In this document: positions 37,953-49,888 of the stretch, piece after piece
How positions within the stretch are numbered: the first letter of the stretch is position 1
Layout: each line of letters begins with the position of its first letter
Assembly (NCBI GenBank): GCA_964019335.1
Contig: OZ025697.1
Coordinates: 310,001 to 374,000 of the forward strand
DNA length: 64,000 nt
Direction: 5' to 3'
Origin: Diplonema japonicum
Lineage: Eukaryota; Protista; Euglenozoa: Diplonemea
Program-made: the position numbers and the translations under genes
The notes under the pieces: model-generated
What the model was told of the DNA's origin: nothing
What the model saw: the letters and a program-made list of their open reading frames with translations, nothing else
The model's database searches: none

Positions 37953-40900
37953 TCAGGTTTCATTTATAGGGAGCTGAGAAAGTTTGTGATGCGAGCCTCT
38001 AATCAACGGGGCGAGGCTGCGGGAGATGGTCAGTGCGCGTTTAGTTGTGGATAGAAGCGATCCCTTACGTCTGGAGCGGGTTGATTTGAAACAGGTTTTG
38101 AAAACGTTGAAGATTCTGCAGAGCAGTCCCGCGAACGACCGGTGCAGCACACCGTACTGTCCATTGTTGATCGCTCGGTCTTCTTCCTGTTCTGACTCCA
38201 CAGCAACATTCATCATGCCGGAAAAAGCGTTGCGGAAATTGTTCTTCCACTTCTTGTGAAAGGCTCGACTGTCATTCTCTTGCAGCGTGACGGCCGTTTT
38301 CACCCAATGAAGCAGGAACTCCTCCTCCGTCATCCTCTCGTGGTCCACATCCCCTTGAATCCAGTTTGCATACTGCTTTAAGTACCCTAGAAACCCTCTT
38401 GCCATCTTATGCAGCGTAATCAAATGCTTTTTGAATCTCTCATCTCTGTCATCACTGTCGGTGTCCTGCGGAAAAAGCATGCCCATCCTGGACTCCCTAT
38501 TGGGAGAAAGCGGTCCTTTTCTGTGGTCGTCGAGCTTTTGAGCGTGGAAGCTTTTTCTTTGTGTGGGTTTCCTTCCGGGCTGTCGGTTTGCAGAGTTTTT
38601 GAATTTCGAGATCGCCTTCTTGACTTCAAGCAGTTTGCTGATCACCGCCATGCTAATCTGTTTTCCACCGTCCGCCGGGCCGTCGGATAGCTTTGCCACT
38701 GTCTCGTTCAGATACTCTATAGCACTGTCTGCGCTTTGCATCAGGCTGCTGCTGTTTGTTGACGAATCAACGTGCTCGTTGGTACCGCCATCTTCCAGCT
38801 CCTCCATCACCGATGCTTGCACTTCCTCGCTCACTGCCTCTTGGACTAGCTCACTGCGTAAGAGGTCGACATCTTGCGCCTCCTCCTCCTCTTCAGGACA
38901 TGGGAACTGCCTCGCGCTCAGCACGCTCGGTACCATGCTGTTCACCTGCACCAACAATTTGCTGCCTTTGATGTATCTCTGACTTGTGCTGCACACTTTC
39001 ACAATGTCTGCCAAACCCGCCTTCAGCTGCTCGAACTCTGCCACTACCATGCTGATCTGCCCGCCGCAACTGACATCTGCTATCTGCATTGCCTTGCTCA
39101 CCACCGGTCCGAAATACTCTGTTCGCTTGCTGGAATGGTTGACTTCTGTGTAAACCGGACCGTGTACAATTCCCATCTTCACGCGCAGCCCGCTCCAGAT
39201 CACCTTTCCATTAGCTTTCACCTCTGAGGTGTCTGCCATGCGCTGCAGTTTTGCGGGCCACGGTGCTTCGAGGAGAGAGCACTGCACGTCCGCACACCAC
39301 GACAGGGCCTTCTCCAAAACAGAGAACACTACTAAGTAAGTATTGCCGTTTGCCGCCTCGTAACCTTGGTACTTCTCGGCAGCAGCGCGCATCACCTCTG
39401 TCTTGACAGACAGTGCGGAGCACACAGCAAGCGCGTCGCTCTCCCACAATGAGGAGAAATCCTGCACAGAGGTGGAAACAAGCCATACGTCGCCCGATGG
39501 CGGTGTGACGTCGCTGTCCTCCAGCACAGGTGTCTCGTTCTCCATCATGGCACTTATCGTCTTCAAGTTGCTCAGTTCGTCGTTCACCGATAGAAGCACA
39601 TCGTTCAGACTGTCGCACAGCGGGATGAAGCCTGTCGTGGGGCTAGAGAGCATCGTCGAGCAGTCGCTTCTGTTGGGCTGGTCCATGTGGCGTGCTGTGT
39701 GGAGCTTCATCTGCTCGCCTCGGAACTGTATGGGCTGTGCCTTCTCAACACGTATCTGCTGCAGCTTCGCGGCAGGAATCATACTGTATGCACGATGAGA
39801 GAGCAGCGTGTCGCCTGGTAGACACTGCTTAAGGATAGCATCCAAAGCATCCATCGCGTCACCGCTAAAGTCGGTTGTGTTGGTTTTTGGGCAGAACTTC
39901 ATCTGAGGTCCGCCGTAGTGGACAGCGCAAGACGCCTGGAGGTCCCTCACATCTGTGGAAGCACGTCCGGAGACGTCCAAAGCCGGGGAACGTGTCCACA
40001 ACATGTTCAAGTTCTGCAGCTCAGAGTGGGCGTGGCACGCAAAGAGCAAGGCCTTATCCGCTGTCGTGAAGATAACAATATAATCGTCGCTGTTGCACAT
40101 CATTATATACCCATTGTACCGCCCAGCAGCTTCTAGCATAGTTGCGTGGCATTTGCACAGCACGTCGACCATCTTTTCGGAGTCGGTTTCCCATAAAGTA
40201 GTGCAGTCATGAAGGCGAAGACGTGCCACGGCAACATCCCCATCGGGGCCGTGGCCGTGGCTTCGCATCTCTTTTAAAGAGTCCACTCTTGCGACGCAGT
40301 CGATTTTGGCTTGAAGTTTGTGTCGCTTCTCTTCGATCCATAGTTGGATGGTTTCACTGTCTTCTGGTTGTGTCTCCTCGTACTCTCTATGTAGCCCAGC
40401 AGGCGTGCAGGTGTAGCATTTGTCCTCGGAAGCCCCTGGCAGGCTCACTGTCGAGTCGGTGATGATAGCCATATCGTTAGTGATGTCCGCAAGTGAGTCG
40501 AAAGAGAACCCAACGAGAGTCTCACCGCCTCGGCAACTCTTTGCCAACGCGGAGCATTTTGCCATCAAGGAGCCTTTGATATCTACTGCTTGGCTGGCTC
40601 CATCCATCATGCTTGAACGCACTCTTAACCCCTTCCAAACTATTTTCCCGTGGTGTTTGATCTCGCAGCTCTCAGGCTGGTGGAGAATAGTTTGCGGCCA
40701 TTCCTCGTGCAGAAGGTCTTCTTGGATGTTCATTGCCCACATGACCGCGTCACGGGGCGAGCGAAAGATCGCTGTGTAGGTGTCCCCATCGCAGCTGATC
40801 TCAATACCGTTGTGTATCTCCGCAAGACGTTTGCAATTCTTGACGAAAATAAGACAAGCGCTCTTCATGGCGATGGGTTGGCGGACCCAAAGGGTACGGC

Positions 40901-41657
40901 ATTCGACGGTAGAGTGGAGAAGGACCAGCCTTTCGGGAGGGGGTTGGACGGGAGATGAAAGCGGGAGCGCAGAAGGGGATTTAGAAGCAAGGAGATGCGA
41001 GCTTGCCGGGGAACCGATCGGGGTGGCGATGCCTTCCATGCGGTGTTTCAAGATGGCAATCTCTTCGCGGAGCTGTGTGTTTAACCCCTTCTCGGATTGA
41101 TACAAGGCGTCGAGGTCAAGTATGCCGTTTCTGATGTCATCGAAAATGTAGTTGAGAGAGGCTCCGAGCCGTGAGGCCATGACCTTTGTCGCGATGGTGT
41201 GTAGCTGCTTAACAAGTTCGTTGGATGTTACATCATCGGTGATTGCAAAGGGCTTCGAGTTGCGCGCGTTCATTTCTGGGGGTTCGACTTCGGTGATGTC
41301 AGCTTCGTGCAAGCTAAAAGCTTCGTAACTTCCAGCCTTGTTGCTCTCGTAGTCATCCAGCAGGGCATCTACCTTCTCACCTATCTGTGAAAGCATCACC
41401 TGCGTTCCCTTCCGCTGTCGTTCTGCGTTTGGGTAGTCGGGTATGTCCGCTACCTCCATGCAACCCTCAGCCTCGGGTTGGTAAATGTTGGTTTTCTTCG
41501 TTTTCTTCGCCGTGCCCGACGTCTTGCTCGCAAACACCGGTCGTTTCCATCTGAGGTGCGGTGCCTTTGGAACGGGCTCCAACCCATTACGCGGCTTCTC
41601 GAAACCCCATTTCTCAACGTCCAACTTCGGCTTGAAAGCTTCAAAGCTGGTGAACAT
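37953..41657 (-). CDS. Soluble protein with three tandem degenerate class III (trypanosome/fungal-type) adenylate-cyclase domains (~1,234 aa)
   Basis: Three copies of the pattern (ST)xLW...M...G(Y/I)E..GD...Q..LL...WP...W.GLRV(R/K)MG...Y/F.G...GG(Q/E). No hydrophobic transmembrane segment. Likely start MFTSF at 41657; ATG 41684 is the alternative. Confidence 0.82.
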   Translation of the reverse strand: MFTSFEAFKPKLDVEKWGFEKPRNGLEPVPKAPHLRWKRPVFASKTSGTAKKTKKTNIYQPEAEGCMEVADIPDYPNAERQRKGTQVMLSQIGEKVDALLDDYESNKAGSYEAFSLHEADITEVEPPEMNARNSKPFAITDDVTSNELVKQLHTIATKVMASRLGASLNYIFDDIRNGILDLDALYQSEKGLNTQLREEIAILKHRMEGIATPIGSPASSHLLASKSPSALPLSSPVQPPPERLVLLHSTVECRTLWVRQPIAMKSACLIFVKNCKRLAEIHNGIEISCDGDTYTAIFRSPRDAVMWAMNIQEDLLHEEWPQTILHQPESCEIKHHGKIVWKGLRVRSSMMDGASQAVDIKGSLMAKCSALAKSCRGGETLVGFSFDSLADITNDMAIITDSTVSLPGASEDKCYTCTPAGLHREYEETQPEDSETIQLWIEEKRHKLQAKIDCVARVDSLKEMRSHGHGPDGDVAVARLRLHDCTTLWETDSEKMVDVLCKCHATMLEAAGRYNGYIMMCNSDDYIVIFTTADKALLFACHAHSELQNLNMLWTRSPALDVSGRASTDVRDLQASCAVHYGGPQMKFCPKTNTTDFSGDAMDALDAILKQCLPGDTLLSHRAYSMIPAAKLQQIRVEKAQPIQFRGEQMKLHTARHMDQPNRSDCSTMLSSPTTGFIPLCDSLNDVLLSVNDELSNLKTISAMMENETPVLEDSDVTPPSGDVWLVSTSVQDFSSLWESDALAVCSALSVKTEVMRAAAEKYQGYEAANGNTYLVVFSVLEKALSWCADVQCSLLEAPWPAKLQRMADTSEVKANGKVIWSGLRVKMGIVHGPVYTEVNHSSKRTEYFGPVVSKAMQIADVSCGGQISMVVAEFEQLKAGLADIVKVCSTSQRYIKGSKLLVQVNSMVPSVLSARQFPCPEEEEEAQDVDLLRSELVQEAVSEEVQASVMEELEDGGTNEHVDSSTNSSSLMQSADSAIEYLNETVAKLSDGPADGGKQISMAVISKLLEVKKAISKFKNSANRQPGRKPTQRKSFHAQKLDDHRKGPLSPNRESRMGMLFPQDTDSDDRDERFKKHLITLHKMARGFLGYLKQYANWIQGDVDHERMTEEEFLLHWVKTAVTLQENDSRAFHKKWKNNFRNAFSGMMNVAVESEQEEDRAINNGQYGVLHRSFAGLLCRIFNVFKTCFKSTRSRRKGSLLSTTKRALTISRSLAPLIRGSHHKLSQLPINET

Positions 41658-41816
41658 CACATATGAACCTCCTCTAAACAACATTGAAACAACATGTTAT
41701 AAAACAACAACAAAAAAAAAAAAAAAAAAAAAAAGCAAAAAAGAAACAATGTGTACAATACAAAGGAATTCTGAATTATTTCTTCTATTCTTTTTTTTTT
41801 TTTTTTTTTTTTTTTT

Positions 41817-43133
41817 TCAATAAACGGTATAAGGTCTGGGGGGTGTGGGCCACGCTGTGAACTTTGCCGCGTCGGGCAGCGTCTGCGTGAGGTACCGGAG
41901 GTGGTCTTGTTGAACAAGATGCTCTCGTAGACCGGACTGGTAAAATGGCAGCTCGTGGCGAAGCGCAGGGTCGGTCGTGGTCCTAGGAGGGAAGGACGCA
42001 GGCCGTGCAACAATACGCTTCACCCGACTTCGCTCGAACGCCTCGATCTGCGCGAGGTCTCGCCATGCAGTGTTCTCTGATCGGATGACGACGCCCCGCT
42101 GCACACGCTGCTCTGTCGACAGCGATAAGAACATGCTCTCTGCAGCTGCTTGGTTCGCGTGTTGCAACTTATGCCTTTTCAGGTGCTCTCGTGCTGTGGC
42201 TCTAACTTGCTTTTCGATTGAAGCCTTGCCAGCGTCCATCGACTGCAGAATGCCACTGAGTTCGGTGTTTTGAGCGGTTTTTATCATGGCTGCTTCGTTG
42301 TGCTCTGCCTGCTCCAATGCGAAGATGGCAGTTCCTGTCAGCTTTCCCGGGCAGCCCAGAGTCAGGGCCGACGCGAGGTCTCGCATCTCGTTGTTCCGAA
42401 TACTTTCAAAATATCGTCTCCACTGTTGTTCCAGGCCCAGCAGGATGGTGACGTGGAGGTTGATTTTTGTTGACCAGAGCTCGCGGATTTTGGAGGTTCT
42501 GTCGTGGGCGATGATGTCTCTGAAGAATGTTTCGTTTTTCTCGATCGCCGACAGGGTCGCGGCTGTGGAGCCGCAGCTCTGCTCCGATCTCAGCACCTCT
42601 CTACACGCCCTTTCTTCCGACATAATGGATTTCCGTACACAATACTCGTTTTCTTCAAATTTTCTCGCCGATAAATTTTCGGTTTGTTGTGTAAACCGTT
42701 TCCGTAAGCTGTTCCTGTCTGTTGTTTCGTAGGTGTGAGTGGAGCTTCGGGCATCTTTCTCTTGTGTTTGAAGGGTGTTTAGAAGTGTCTGGGTGTGCTC
42801 TGTGTGCGTTTTGGTTCTTATGATGTGTTCCTCAGCCGCGATGCTGGCCCGTTTTTCCAGTTCGACGCGCAGAGCGTGGGCCTGCCCCCTGAGCGCAACG
42901 GGTTTGCTCTGCGTGTGGGCCATTAGCATTCTGTCCCTCAGCTGTGTTTCAAAGAGCAAAAGCTCGCCCCTTGCCCGGGACTCCTTGTGCTCTGCGGACC
43001 GCATAGACACCCATATAACCTTTTGCACGTACCCAATAGTCAGTGTGTTGAAAACACCCTGCCATTCTTGCTCCAAACCCATCCTCATGAAATACTCTGC
43101 ATCCAGTAAAACTGTTTTTTTTTCGTGCTGCTG

Positions 43134-43136
<3 letters not shown>
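41817..43136 (-). CDS. Helical/coiled-coil hypothetical protein (~439 aa)
   Basis: Long ORF whose ATG follows a poly(A) run. Recurring E..E...R..I...E helical pattern. Confidence 0.7.
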
Positions 43137-43167
<31 letters not shown>

Positions 43168-44419
43168 TGTTGTCCGGGAAAAACATTTTTTTTCCCCCTC
43201 CCCGTTGTGCGAAAAAAAGAAGAAGAAAAAAAATAGAATGGGGGTGCAAAAAGAAAAATGAAGGGGGTGAGAAAAACGTGTGAAACAAGAAAAAGATTTT
43301 TTTTTTTTTTTTTTTGCAGGGCCATTCCGGTTCAAAAACGAGAATTTCTTGGGGGAGGGTTTCTTAAGCCTAAATTTTGGACTAAAAATAAAGAAAATAT
43401 GAGATGATCGTTAACTAGCGGGCCTCTCGGGGAAACTGTTAAGTAGCAATGTTACAAAGCTAGCTTTTTTTTTTTTCTTTTTTTTTTCCTACAGAAAACT
43501 GGAATCGAAATTTTTTCGTTCCTTGCTTCAGTCTTGCCGAATTTAAAAGAAATCAAAAGATGGCTTAAAAATAATTACCCACCCCGGTCTAAAATACACC
43601 TAACCGGAGGCTCTGATTTTTTTTTTTTTTTTTTTTTTTTTTGGCAAGTTAAAAAAAAAAAAAAAATGACCCTTCCTTTTTTTTTTTCCGGGAAGAAAAG
43701 AATTGACAGACCAGACCGTATCAAAAAAAAAGAAAAAAAAAAGGGAAACAGAGGGGGGGTCGGTTGGTTATTTATACAGGCTTTACAGAGGGGGGGAAAG
43801 GGGGGAGAACAGATGGGAAAAAAAAAAAAAAAAAAAAGCTTGAAACCCAACGTTTTGCAGTAATCAACCTATTGTCATACTCTCCTCCGTCCCCTCCCCC
43901 GCCTTTTTTTACCAGTTAAATTAAAGCGTTCCGCCACCTCCTGCGTGTTCCCTTTCTTAGGAAGAAAAAAAAAGGCAAGGCAAAGAAGTAAACTGGCGCG
44001 AAATATTTACTTCCGTGTAGCCACCTCCAAAAGAATAATAATTCACGTGGTGGCGGAGAGAAACCAAACACAAGAATCATAGCTTCTCGTGCTTCTTCCC
44101 ACTCCCCCCCCCCCCCCCCCCCCACAACGAGGAGCCAGTTCCTTTCGAGAAAAAAAAAAGGGGGGGAAGGAGAAAAAAAAAACAATTCATGACTTACATC
44201 TTTGTTGTTTCGCACGAGTAAAGGGGGTGGGGGGGGTACTTTTTTTTTGCTCGGCACAAGTTGGCATAAAGGTAGGGTAAAAAAAAACCCACTGCAGTGG
44301 CGTCCTGGGGGGGGGGGGGGCAATAATAATCTAAGACGAGGATTAAAAAAAAAATAAAAATAAAACACTAGGAAAAAAAAATGAACGAAATAAAAGGGGG
44401 GGGGGGAACGAGAAATTCT

Positions 44420-45897
44420 TCACCAATCGTTGTTGAACTGCGAAAAAAAAAATTTTTTTTTAAAAAAAAAAATTCCCCCTTTCCACATACCCCTTTTGAA
44501 AACTGCTTCATCCTCACCATGGTTCGGCTCCCTCTTCCAGGTTTTTTCGGTGTTGTAGCGGGCTTCGTCGCCGGTTCTTCTTCCTTCTTGGGAACATCAG
44601 AACTACTTTGGTTTTCTTTCTGCCCGTTAACATGACCGTCCTGCTGAATACTATTTATATCTTCCACGACAGGAGCAGGGGGTAGTTCCGGGAGATCTTG
44701 CAGAGGAAGAGGCACAGGGACACCCTGGGGAGAAGGCGGGGGTTGCGTGGATCCCAGCGTCCATGTTGATAGCGATCGGAGAAAATTAGCACGAAGATGC
44801 GGCAAATCGTGATCAAGAGCAGCATCAATACACATTAAACTTAAATCCAAAATAATCGGGTCGATGAAGAGGGAGGAGCAGGACTGGAGTTCGAACCCGG
44901 TGTCGTATCCGAAAGGCATCAATACACACCCAGGCCCATATTTTTTCTCCAAAGCGGCAACACGTTTTGAAGCGTATTTTTCAATCTCGGAACCTTTCAA
45001 TCCGTAGAACGCAATTACCTCGAACCAATTCACAGTTTTCCCGTCGACCCTGCAGGGGGACGTGAACATCGACGGCTTGGGAACACCCTTAACAGGCATG
45101 TTGTTTCGCGTTAGTACTTTCAACCCTTTCAGTTTCAAAAATTTTTCGATCGCCTTTTCCACCATCACCAGCCTTTCATTTCTCTCCCACTGGTGTACCT
45201 CCGACGTGATCGTGTCTACAGAAATCGCTGTTTTCGCACTGGTCAGGTCCCGTTGGTCTGTTATGAATCTTTCAGGGTTCGCCCATAGTTTTTTACACAC
45301 TACATTGTCCTTTGATTCCAAAATGTATCGAACCACAGTACGGGGGGGGAGGTCTAGTTTTAATGAGACATCGATGATGGACATGCCCTCCCGATCGTAT
45401 AAATTTAGGACTGCGAGGACAGTTTCAGGAGGTGGGGAATACAGTGATTTTGAGACAAGGTGCGAGAGGATTTGTGCGGAGAGCTTTCTGGTGTCGTTTT
45501 GCGAAAACGCGGTGTTTTGAAAGGTCTTGATGAGGCTGGAGTAGTCACAGTGCCATTTCCGCTTCCCGTCTTCCAATTGAAGCAACTCCGTACACGTGTT
45601 TCCTGTTATGAGGCTTTGGTTCATGGAAACCAGGTTTTCTGCGACTGTTACGATTCTGCTTTCCAGCCGGACCTCATCTGCTTTGAGCCGTGTCCTTAAT
45701 TCTTCTACCGACCCCTGGATGCTCCCCTCTGGGTTCACCCCCAGCTCCGGGCATATGAGGACTTCCCACTCCCTTAACACATCCCCTCCAAATACTTTGC
45801 GAACCTCCTCTCTGTTATCTTCTTCTATTCTTCGCTTCTTGGGGGAATTTGCGGGCGAGGCCTCTTCAAGAGGCCGTTTTTTGCCTTCATCAGGCAT
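44420..45897 (-). CDS. CDIN1 (C15orf41)-like protein with a degenerate PD-(D/E)xK nuclease domain (~474 aa, 2 exons)
   Basis: IIDVSLKLDLPPRTVVRYILE (HTH-like) and PCRVDGKTVNWFEVIAFYG...KYGPGCVLMPFGY resemble the CDIN1 segment 'V.V.G..I.WIESKASFG...RFGPG.VIYW.GF'. Intron 44490->44438 (53 nt) gives the C-terminus FSKG|FNNDW*. Confidence 0.7.
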
Positions 45898-46144
45898 TTT
45901 TTTTTTTCTCTCTCTTTTTTCTTCTTCTTTTTTTTTTTTAAACAGAAATGTTTAAAACCAGCTCCTTTTGTGTGTGTTTTGTGACGTGTTAGAGAATGGA
46001 GGAGGGGAAGTAGCGGGGGGGGGGAAGAAGAAAAAAATACTTTTTTTTCGATTCAATTTGTAACCCAATCAATCAATCAAAAAAAAAAAATTAAGCGGGG
46101 GGGACAGGGGGGATTTCTGTTGATTTTTTTTAATTTAATTCTAC

Positions 46145-46341
46145 TTATTCTTGAGACGCTTTGCACTCGGCATCGGGGTCCTCGCCCCTGTCGATGGCGT
46201 CCTGCCGCCGCTTCTCATCCTCGGCGACCTTTCTTTTGTGCTCCGCGATTTTTTCCGGGTCGGTCTCCCATTCAATCCGACCGGGCAGCTCGTTGGTTTC
46301 ACCAATGTGAAGCACGGTAAGCTCCAACAGGAGTTGCGACT

Positions 46342-46378
<37 letters not shown>

Positions 46379-47522
46379 CTTTTTCCATCCATACCGATTC
46401 ATGAAGCTCGATCACACCAAACTTCCATCCTGATCTCCATTCAGGCGGCAGGACGAGCATTCTTTTCATTCCGACAGACATACCCACGATGCCACGCTCT
46501 ATCCCGGACATGGTTTGGTTTTCTTGTGTTACAAACTCGATCTCACGGTTTAGAACAACGGTTTTCGTGTGGGAACTCTTGCCCACCACGACCGCCTTCA
46601 CATACTTCTTCTTGTCGTCGGTGACTTTCTCCGCGTCGGTGTGGTTCTGCGGGACGAACAAATCGTCCGCAAAGTACGAAACCATGTTGTCGTACCGGTG
46701 GCCCGCACGCTTTGTCTTTTCCCCGTGGATCCATAGAAGCGCCGATCGGACAGTTTTCTTAAAATCTCCCTGCAACGGGATGTCGAAAACCGCCTTTGCT
46801 GGGGGCTGAACTGATGTATCGTAAGATGTTAAACTGGGTTGTTTTAAATCTCTGTCGCCGTAGGTCACCAACCCGAAGACGCTGTTGAATCTCTCTTTCT
46901 CCGCAACACGGTTTGACAGGGTTGTGGCGAGCTTTCTCGGTTTTTCACCGTGCGAGGGGTCGGGGAGATTGATTGTGAACCCAACACCGTCTCCAAACTC
47001 AGTTGTGTCTTCGAGAAATTTATCGAATTCTTGTTGATCGTTGATGGTTCTGTACGTAGGTCCGCGCATCCTTTTCACAAAGGGAGGCAGATCGATACCT
47101 ATTCTTGAGTTCACCACGAATTGAATCGGTTTCTTCCGGTACCTCACAGATTCCTCTGATTTGAAAACGAGCAAGGCGGGGATGTCCTCTTCAACCCCGT
47201 GCCAGTCTGCAAATAAATCGCCTTCGTCGTGGATGTCAATTTGCCCCACTTCAACTCCGTCCAGCTTGTGCACTTGTTCTGTCGCGTTGTAGAAATGCTC
47301 TGCGTAAAAATCACAGTCCGGGCAATGGCCCTCCCGTAGATACATCACCAGCACATCAGCCTTTTTGAGTGTCATGTAGAAGTCATCGTCCGTGTAGTGC
47401 TGTATGTAGCTCGGGATTTTGATGTCTTTGTTTGGAGGAAGGTCCATATCAGGAGCACCATCGACTGCGATGCGTGGCCGCATGGCCAAGATGGGTATGG
47501 AAAGCAGGGTTAATAGGTGCAT
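46145..47522 (-). CDS. Secretory-pathway thioredoxin-fold (CPDC) plus FKBP-like fusion protein (~440 aa, 2 exons)
   Basis: Signal peptide MHLLTLLSIPILA. Thioredoxin pattern VLVMYLREGHCPDC...VGQID...GVEEDIPALLVFK. FKBP pattern GIERGIVGMSVGMKRMLVLPPEW...S|SQLLLELTVL spans intron 46394->46340 (55 nt). Confidence 0.78.
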
Positions 47523-47560
47523 TATTTTTTTTTTTATTTTTTTTTTAATAAAGATGTGTA

Positions 47561-47597
<37 letters not shown>

Positions 47598-47680
47598 GCG
47601 ATTTGAAAGAGGGAGGGGGGGAAATGAACCACACTTTGTCCCACCTATTTTTTTTTTTTTTCTTTTTTTTTTTTCTCAGC

Positions 47681-48765
47681 TTAATCTTCGCCGTATATCG
47701 GCTCGACGATTTCTGCCTCGACCGCTTGATCACCTTTGAGTTTCATGTTTCTCTCCACTGCAACATCCCACTGGCACTGTCTCTCGAATGTGTCACGAGG
47801 ACGCCCAATCTCTTCAGGTATGACCTATGAAGAAAAAAAAATGAAAAAAGAAATTGTTTCCTTCCATCTACACACCACTCCTTGTTCTCTAAGCTCTTCG
47901 ACGTACTGTGTTCTACGCTTGTTCATTCGGTTCACTTCGTCAGGGGGGAGGCTGTAGGTGAAGGACCCAAAGCGTCTTCTCGAGTTGTTGCTGGAGAAGG
48001 TGTGGTAGTACCCGATCCACCGGTCTGTTTTCGGGTTCTGATCTGGTTGGTCGGGATATTCGTTTGCGTACTGCGGCATCAGCATAGGGGGGGCGGGGAG
48101 GCCCTTCTTTTTCCGCCGTTGGTGGAGCATCATTTCCTGCTTGATGATGTTGTACCTTACGCTGGACATGATTTCCTTTCTGTTGGCAACCTTGTCGTGG
48201 TAGGGCTGCACGGGGTCCTGTCGGATAACTTCTTCGATCTGCTCCGCGAGCTCTTCGTCAATATCCCGTCCATTTGCCTTGGCGTCTTCCCGAAGCTGAT
48301 CTTGCGTCCAAGACAGGATCTCTCGTTGGTTGGGGTGGATGAATAGAAGACCATCTCCACTTGTTTCCAATGGGATAAATTTCGATGATAAAACCTGGGT
48401 TTTTTTTTGGGGGGGGAAAGAAGAAAAAAAAAAAAAAAAGCACCTTTTCCCCCACCACGGCAGCAGGGTTAGACGGTGCCTGCCCCGGGACCTGTGCGTT
48501 GAAGCCTATCGTCGGGTGGGCGTTGATCTTCAACGCGTGAGCCGCCCGTACCCTCGCTTCAGCAAAGTTCTTCATTCGATGGGGCGGGCCCATGTTTCCC
48601 GATCTCACAAATGGCCTGTCCGGGTCCCAAGAGTGCATTCCCGTCAGTGCCCGGTATGTGTCTTTGTGCTGCATAAACGGTCTTTCGTTCAGCGCAGCGA
48701 CTTCTGGAATACCCGCCAGCTTGTCTCTGTTCTTATCCATATACGATTGCCCCTGAGTAGAAAGT

Positions 48766-48807
<42 letters not shown>

Positions 48808-48904
48808 AAACCTGCATAAAATTCGGTGACCTCCCAACAGGGGGCTTGAACTGTGTTGGCATACCGTAGCGCGTGGCTACTGTACCAGAGGCTCGTGTTG
48901 CCAT
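47681..48904 (-). CDS. Conserved-looking hypothetical protein, possibly mitochondrial (~354 aa, 4 exons)
   Basis: Introns 48811->48753 (59), 48443->48395 (49) and 47875->47825 (51) join three track ORFs and a final exon ending IYGED*. The N-terminus is basic with no acidic residues, like a presequence. The gene structure is firm; the function is not. Confidence 0.7.
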
Positions 48905-49099
48905 TTTTTTATTTTATTTTATTTTTTGTACACCCTCTCTCTCTCTCGCTCTCTCTCTCTCTTTCTGTTTCCCCTTCCTGAGATTTTTTTTTTCTTCCCC
49001 TCCCAAAAAAAAAAAAAGAAAAATAAAAATAAAAATAAAAACGGAACAAAGAAAGATTCTCTTCTTTGTCACTCGTGGATTACGCAACTTGTTCACTAT

Positions 49100-49888
49100 T
49101 CAATTGTCCCATCTTGGGCGGACGTGATAATGGAGCAGTACGGATGCGGCATTCGAAGGGGGGAGGATGTGAAGTCTTGCGGAGTCATCGTAATAACAGT
49201 CTTCAGTCCCGTCGGGGAGGGTGGGGGTTGTTTGAGAGGGCAGTGGCGTGGACATGACGGGGCCGTAGAAGCAGTCCTCGCACACGCGGGACGGCTTGTC
49301 GGCAGCGCGAGTGTCAGATCCACAGCAGCTTATGTTGTCTAAGCATTTGGGAGGATCGTTGGGAATACCAGAAACAATTGCAAGATTTCCAGAGCAAGCA
49401 TAACACACCAGCCGACCACACGACCTGCAGTGATGTTTCCTAATATACATGTTGAAGCTTCGACAGCACACAGCACACCCTGATCGCTTCTCGCTCGGTT
49501 CCCAGTTCCATGCCTCTGCCTCGTCCAAAACCAGAATTCTCAGTAGTCCTTTCCCAGAGATTGTCACCTCTATGTCGCCACTCTTTGCGCAGTAAATGAA
49601 TCGAATCTTCGTCACCGAGATCCTCCAATCGCGTGTTTTTCCTTTTTCGTCCAGACTCCTCTTGTCCAGCACCTCGCAGATGTCCCCCTCCGTCCCGTCC
49701 CGCTTTTCATAAGAACAAGTCATCCCGTATTTCGAACCGACGTCTAAGCACCTTGGCCCTCCGTCGACCAGCACCCTTATCCTCACCCCGGTGGGGTCCT
49801 TGCCCCATTTCTCCTGTGATGCAGCAATCGTCAGTAGTCTGCTTCCCGATAGGCGTCTTGGATTAGGCCTGCTAGGCGTGGTGCCCAT
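49100..49888 (-). CDS. FYVE zinc-finger protein (~262 aa), possibly N-myristoylated
   Basis: WEPS..CAVC..F...RKHHCRSCGRLVCYACS...RVCEDC. The start MGTTPS fits MGxxxS. Confidence 0.88.
   Translation of the reverse strand: MGTTPSRPNPRRLSGSRLLTIAASQEKWGKDPTGVRIRVLVDGGPRCLDVGSKYGMTCSYEKRDGTEGDICEVLDKRSLDEKGKTRDWRISVTKIRFIYCAKSGDIEVTISGKGLLRILVLDEAEAWNWEPSEKRSGCAVCCRSFNMYIRKHHCRSCGRLVCYACSGNLAIVSGIPNDPPKCLDNISCCGSDTRAADKPSRVCEDCFYGPVMSTPLPSQTTPTLPDGTEDCYYDDSARLHILPPSNAASVLLHYHVRPRWDN

Noticed and set aside
48300-48400. Mitoribosomal mL42 identity for the 47681-48904 gene (TSGDGLLFIHP)
   Set aside because: Only a short motif resemblance, not enough to name the gene without a profile search.
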